Source of the DNA: an uncultured Spirochaetota bacterium | Lineage (GTDB): Bacteria > Spirochaetota > UBA4802 > UBA5550 | Assembly: GCA_937872225.1 (NCBI GenBank) | Contig: CALMRZ010000017.1 | Location: 30,325 to 94,324 of the forward strand | Reading direction: 5' to 3' | Length of the DNA stretch: 64,000 bases | Part shown: positions 58,943-64,000 of the stretch, in pieces | Numbering within the stretch: the stretch's first letter is position 1 | Layout: each line of letters starts with the position of its first letter | Translations under genes and position numbers: made by a program | Notes under the pieces: model-generated | What the model was told of the DNA's origin: nothing | The model's input: only the letters and a program-made list of their open reading frames with translations | The model's database searches: none

Positions 58943-60622
58943 ATGTCCAAACCCTTAATCATTCAAAGCGATAACACCCTTTTACTGGAAGTTGATAATC
59001 CTGATTTTGAAAATGCCAGAGACTCCATAGCACAATTTTCAGAACTTGTAAAAAGCCCCGAACATATCCATACGTATAAAGTGTCACCCCTCTCCCTCTG
59101 GAATGCCGCCGCATCAGGACTGTCGTACCAGGATATCATCAACATTCTCAAGCATTATTCACGGTATGATATACCGGACATCGTCAACACCACCATCAAG
59201 GATCAGATGCGCCGTTACGGTCTTCTCAAGCTGGTGCCGCAGGATACTGATATTTTTCTGGTATCCAGTGACGCTATACTCCTCAATGAGATCTGCAACA
59301 CGAAAAAGATCCAGCAATTCATTGATGCCCGGATTGATGATAACCGGATAAAGATCAGAAAAAATTACCGCGGTCACATCAAGCAAGCCCTGATAAAAAT
59401 CGGCTTCCCTGTGGAAGACCTTGCGGGATATGAAGACGGTGATCCGTGCAATATAACGCTGAAGGATGTCTCGTTAAAAGGGCAGACGTTCCGGATACGC
59501 GATTACCAGCAAAGCTCGGTCAATGCCTTCTACCGCGGCGGCGGCCCCGAGGGCGGGAGCGGCATAGTCGTCCTGCCCTGCGGGGCAGGCAAGACCATTG
59601 TCGGCATCGCCATCATGAATCTTCTTTCAACGGAAACCCTGATCCTGGTGACCAATACCATTGCCCTCCGCCAATGGAAAGAGGAACTCCTTGATAAAAC
59701 CTACCTTGAAGCGGATCAGATAGGCGAATTCTCCGGAGAAAAAAAGGAGATCCGTCCCATCACCATTGCGACATACAACATCCTGACATACCGCAAGGAC
59801 AAAAACGGGCCGTTCCTTCACTTCGACCTGTTTAATTCCAAGAACTGGGGACTTATCATATATGACGAGGTCCACCTCCTCCCTGCCCCGGTGTTCAGAA
59901 TGACGTCTGAAATCCAGTCCAAGAGACGACTGGGCCTCACCGCAACCCTGATACGTGAAGACGGCATGGAAGCTGACGTGTTCAGCCTCATCGGTCCGAA
60001 GAAATTTGACATGCCGTGGAAGACTCTGGAAAAATCAAACTGGATCGCGAAGGCCCTGTGCACCGAGGTCAGGATTGACCTTCCGGATGATCTCCGGATG
60101 AAGTACTCGCTGGCAAAGGACCGGGAGAAATTCAGGATAGCCTCAGAAAACCATGAAAAAAACAAGATCGTCGGAACAATAATAGAACATCACGGCAATT
60201 CCAACATTCTTATCATAGGACAGTATATTTCACAGCTCAAGGAAATAGCGGACCATTTTAAATTCCCGATGATCACCGGGAGCACGTCCATCACGGAACG
60301 GGAAGAGCTGTACCGGTTATTCAAGGAAGAAACGATCAAGATACTGGTGGTGTCAAAGGTGGCGAACTTTTCCATAGACCTGCCCGACGCCAATGTCGCC
60401 ATCCAGATATCGGGAACTTTCGGATCGCGCCAGGAAGAAGCCCAGCGGCTCGGGAGGATTCTGCGTCCTAAAAAAGGGGACAACAAGGCATACTTCTATA
60501 CCATCATCACGTCCAATTCAGTTGAAGAGAAATTCGCCCACAACCGGCAGCTGTTTCTGACGGAACAGGGATACACCTATATCATTCTCAACAAGGAAAT
60601 GTTCCACGAGAAGTTCAAGTAG
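58943..60622 (+). CDS. XPB/ERCC3/Ssl2-type superfamily-2 DNA helicase
   Basis: XPB-like N-terminal domain ('LLLEVD...HTYKVSPLSLWNA'). Walker A 'VLPCGAGKT', 'DEVH', the XPB-specific RED motif 'TATLIREDG', and motif VI 'QEEAQRLGRILR'. Confidence 0.8.
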   Translation: MSKPLIIQSDNTLLLEVDNPDFENARDSIAQFSELVKSPEHIHTYKVSPLSLWNAAASGLSYQDIINILKHYSRYDIPDIVNTTIKDQMRRYGLLKLVPQDTDIFLVSSDAILLNEICNTKKIQQFIDARIDDNRIKIRKNYRGHIKQALIKIGFPVEDLAGYEDGDPCNITLKDVSLKGQTFRIRDYQQSSVNAFYRGGGPEGGSGIVVLPCGAGKTIVGIAIMNLLSTETLILVTNTIALRQWKEELLDKTYLEADQIGEFSGEKKEIRPITIATYNILTYRKDKNGPFLHFDLFNSKNWGLIIYDEVHLLPAPVFRMTSEIQSKRRLGLTATLIREDGMEADVFSLIGPKKFDMPWKTLEKSNWIAKALCTEVRIDLPDDLRMKYSLAKDREKFRIASENHEKNKIVGTIIEHHGNSNILIIGQYISQLKEIADHFKFPMITGSTSITEREELYRLFKEETIKILVVSKVANFSIDLPDANVAIQISGTFGSRQEEAQRLGRILRPKKGDNKAYFYTIITSNSVEEKFAHNRQLFLTEQGYTYIILNKEMFHEKFK

Positions 60623-60669
60623 GACACCGGGGCATTCATCTCTTTCCGACGCGCCCGGCGTCAACATGC

Positions 60670-63123
60670 CTATTCGCTGATTGCGGCAAAATCCGTCACG
60701 TAATCATCGTCCTTGAGGTCAAGGAGCTTGACGCCTACGGTCGCCCGTCCCTGCATGGACACGTCTTCCGCCAGGAGACGGATCGCCATCCCGTTCTTTG
60801 ACGTGATGATGATCTCATCGCTGTCAAACACGGATTTTACCCCGTTGGCAAAGCCATTTTTATCGGTGACCTTGACATAGGCCATACCCTTGCCCCCGCG
60901 GCCCTTATTGGCAAAATTCTTGTAATCAACCCTCTTGCCGTATCCCTTTTCCGTGATGACAAAGAGAGAGGAGTTCTTCTTCACCAGGTCAATGCCCATG
61001 ATCACGTCGTCCTTGGCCAGACGCATGCCGATGATGCCCGCGGCATTCCGACCCATGGACCTCATCTTCATCAGGTTCGTCCTGAGAAGATTGCCGCCCC
61101 GGGACGCAATGACGATATCATCTCCTTTATCAACGACCTTGACGTCGACCAGTTCATCGTTCTTTTTCAGGTTCAAGGCGATGATGCCGCCCTTCTTGGC
61201 GTTCTGGAACACGTTCAGGTCGGTCTTTTTCAGGATACCGAACTTGGTCACCATGCAAAGATATTTGTCGCTTTCAAAATTATCAATCGAACAAATGGCG
61301 GTTATGTTCTCGTCGGTCGAGAGGTTTATGATCCCCTTCAACGATTTGCCGCGGCTCGTCTTGGATGCCAGGGGTATTTCATAGGCCTTCAGGGCGAAAA
61401 TCTTGCCTTTATTCGAGAAGAGAAAGATCACGTCGTGGGTCGACGCGACGGTCATCATCTTGATGAAGTCCTCCCTCTTTGTCGTTATCGCGCTGACGCC
61501 CTTGCCGCCCCGCCGCTGCTTCTTAAAGGTGTCCACCGGGAGACGCCTGATGAAGCCGTCATTGGTTATGGTGATGACCATGTCCTCGTCGGCGATGAGG
61601 TCCTCGACGTCGAAGTCCGTCGATGTCTCCCCCCCTTTCACGATCTCGGTTTTCCGCTTATCGCCGTACTTCTGCTTTACCTCGAGGAGCTCCTTTTTCA
61701 CCAGCTCAAAGATCTTCGCTTCGCTCTTGAGTATGGCCCTGAGTTCCTTGATGAGCTTGTGGAGCGCGTTCAGCTCTTCAACGATCTTGTGCACTTCAAG
61801 GCTGGTGAGACGCTGCAGGCGCATGTCCAGGATGGCCTTTGCCTGCAGCTCCGACAATGAAAAGCGTTTGATGAGCTTTTTGGCCGCCTCGTCCGGGTCC
61901 TTGGATCCCCGGATGATCTTAATGACTTCATCGATGTTATCCAGGGCAATTTTCAGGCCTTCCAGTATATGGGCCCTCTCCTCGGCCTTTTTCAGCTCGA
62001 ACCGTGTCCTTCGTATGACGACTTCTTTCCGGTGGCCGATATAATTGGTGATGATCCCCTTCAGGTCGAGGACCCGGGGGACGTTGTCCACCAGGGCGAG
62101 CATGATGACGCCGAAAGACGTCTGCAGAGCCGTGTGCTTGTAGAGCTGATTGATGATGATGCTCGTATTGGCGTCCTTTTTCAGGCCGATGACGATCCTC
62201 ATGCCCTTGCGGTCAGATTCATCCCTGAGCTCTCCTATCCCCTCAATCACTTTTGCATTCACCAGTTCTGCTATGCGGCTGATGAAAACCGCCTTGTTTA
62301 CCTGGTACGGTATTTCCGAAATTATGATGTTCTCGCGGCCCTTCTTGTTTTCCTCCACGTCCAGTTTGCCCCGCACCATGATACTGCCGCGTCCGGTGGT
62401 ATAGGCCTTGTAAATCCCGTCGGTTCCCATGATGGTGGCGCCGGTGGGAAAGTCGGGGCCCTGGATGTACTTCATAAGCTGTTTTACGCTGAGCCCGGGA
62501 TCATCAATGAGGGCGATGGTGGCGTCGACTACCTCGCCGAGATTGTGAGGAGGTATTTTGGTCGCCATGCCTACCGCGATTCCTTCCGAGCCGTTGACGA
62601 GAAGATTGGGAAAGGAAGCCGGCAGCACCTGCGGTTCCATCTTTGTTTCATCGAAATTGGGATTAAAATCCACGGTTTCCTTATCGATGTCCTTCAGCAA
62701 TTCCTCTGCTATTTTATTAAGGCGCGCCTCCGTGTACCGGTAGGCAGCCGCGGGGTCGCCGTCAACGGAGCCGAAGTTTCCCTGACCGTCGATGATCGGA
62801 TGACGCATGGAGAAATCCTGGGCCATGCGCACCATGGTGTCATACACGGCCTTGTCGCCATGGGGGTGATAATTACCGAGAACCTCACCGACTATTTTGG
62901 CTGACTTGACATAGGGACGGTCGCTCCTCCATGCCCGCTCGTTCATGGCGTGCAGGATCCTCCGGTGAACCGGTTTGAGACCGTCGCGGACATCCGGCAG
63001 GGCCCGGCCGACTATGACGCTCATGGCATAGTCGAGATAGGAATTCCGCATCTGGTCTTCTATTTCAACCGCGACGATATTCTCCTTGAATAATTCGCCG
63101 CCTTCAGATTTTTTCTTTGGCAC
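60670..63123 (-). CDS. gyrA: DNA gyrase subunit A
   Basis: GTG start behind AGGGGGAG. 'DGLKPVHRRIL', the QRDR-like 'GNYHPHGDKAVYD', the active-site 'AAAYRYTEARL', and C-terminal beta-pinwheel repeats. Confidence 0.95.
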   Translation of the reverse strand: MPKKKSEGGELFKENIVAVEIEDQMRNSYLDYAMSVIVGRALPDVRDGLKPVHRRILHAMNERAWRSDRPYVKSAKIVGEVLGNYHPHGDKAVYDTMVRMAQDFSMRHPIIDGQGNFGSVDGDPAAAYRYTEARLNKIAEELLKDIDKETVDFNPNFDETKMEPQVLPASFPNLLVNGSEGIAVGMATKIPPHNLGEVVDATIALIDDPGLSVKQLMKYIQGPDFPTGATIMGTDGIYKAYTTGRGSIMVRGKLDVEENKKGRENIIISEIPYQVNKAVFISRIAELVNAKVIEGIGELRDESDRKGMRIVIGLKKDANTSIIINQLYKHTALQTSFGVIMLALVDNVPRVLDLKGIITNYIGHRKEVVIRRTRFELKKAEERAHILEGLKIALDNIDEVIKIIRGSKDPDEAAKKLIKRFSLSELQAKAILDMRLQRLTSLEVHKIVEELNALHKLIKELRAILKSEAKIFELVKKELLEVKQKYGDKRKTEIVKGGETSTDFDVEDLIADEDMVITITNDGFIRRLPVDTFKKQRRGGKGVSAITTKREDFIKMMTVASTHDVIFLFSNKGKIFALKAYEIPLASKTSRGKSLKGIINLSTDENITAICSIDNFESDKYLCMVTKFGILKKTDLNVFQNAKKGGIIALNLKKNDELVDVKVVDKGDDIVIASRGGNLLRTNLMKMRSMGRNAAGIIGMRLAKDDVIMGIDLVKKNSSLFVITEKGYGKRVDYKNFANKGRGGKGMAYVKVTDKNGFANGVKSVFDSDEIIITSKNGMAIRLLAEDVSMQGRATVGVKLLDLKDDDYVTDFAAISE

Positions 63124-63194
63124 GTCGCTACACTCCCCCTGTAATTATTTCAAACCGTTCCCGCCGTCACCCAATCGGGAACAAACCATGAATG

Positions 63195-64000
<806 letters not shown>

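Noticed and set aside
61403-62904. Plus-strand ORFs of 213, 141 and 311 aa inside gyrA
   Set aside because: They are antisense shadow frames of a highly conserved gene. The sequences are low-complexity and Ser/Arg/Leu-rich, with no independent support.

Overview
A 64 kb, gene-dense bacterial chromosomal segment of roughly 50% G+C with short AT-rich intergenic regions. It is mostly housekeeping. Central metabolism: etfA 3' end, an ADP-forming acyl-CoA synthetase-like protein, cimA, ppdK, an aminotransferase, nadC and moeA. Purine synthesis: purD, purA and purN. DNA/RNA maintenance: uvrB, ftsK, gyrB-gyrA, RNase J, dut, an RluA-type pseudouridine synthase, rtcB plus archease, and an XPB/ERCC3-like helicase. 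Envelope functions: DsbD, a SurA-like PPIase, an NlpD-like protein, GT2/GT4 glycosyltransferases, a TonB-dependent receptor and many lipoproteins. RNA genes are tRNA-Glu(UUC), tRNA-Lys(UUU) and a stand-alone 5S rRNA with no 16S/23S nearby. The radical SAM/SPASM protein I recall as the 'spiro-SPASM' type, the XPB helicase, PPDK and the orphan 5S together suggest a spirochaete-like organism, but this is unverified. I saw no CRISPR array, IS element, integrase or recognisable defence island. The most interesting items are: (1) a radical SAM/SPASM enzyme whose N-terminus is a degenerate copy of the neighbouring SpsF-type cytidylyltransferase, followed by a PseG/SpsG-like gene. (2) A cyclophilin separated from a lipoprotein signal peptide by a 1-nt frame offset at an A10 tract. 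(3) An 840 bp non-coding stretch with a very AT-rich core, containing a 23-codon hydrophobic ORF, next to a TonB receptor/twin-lipoprotein operon. (4) An atypical, almost leaderless OmpR-type regulator. (5) The orphan 5S gene. All product calls come from motif recognition by eye, not database searches.
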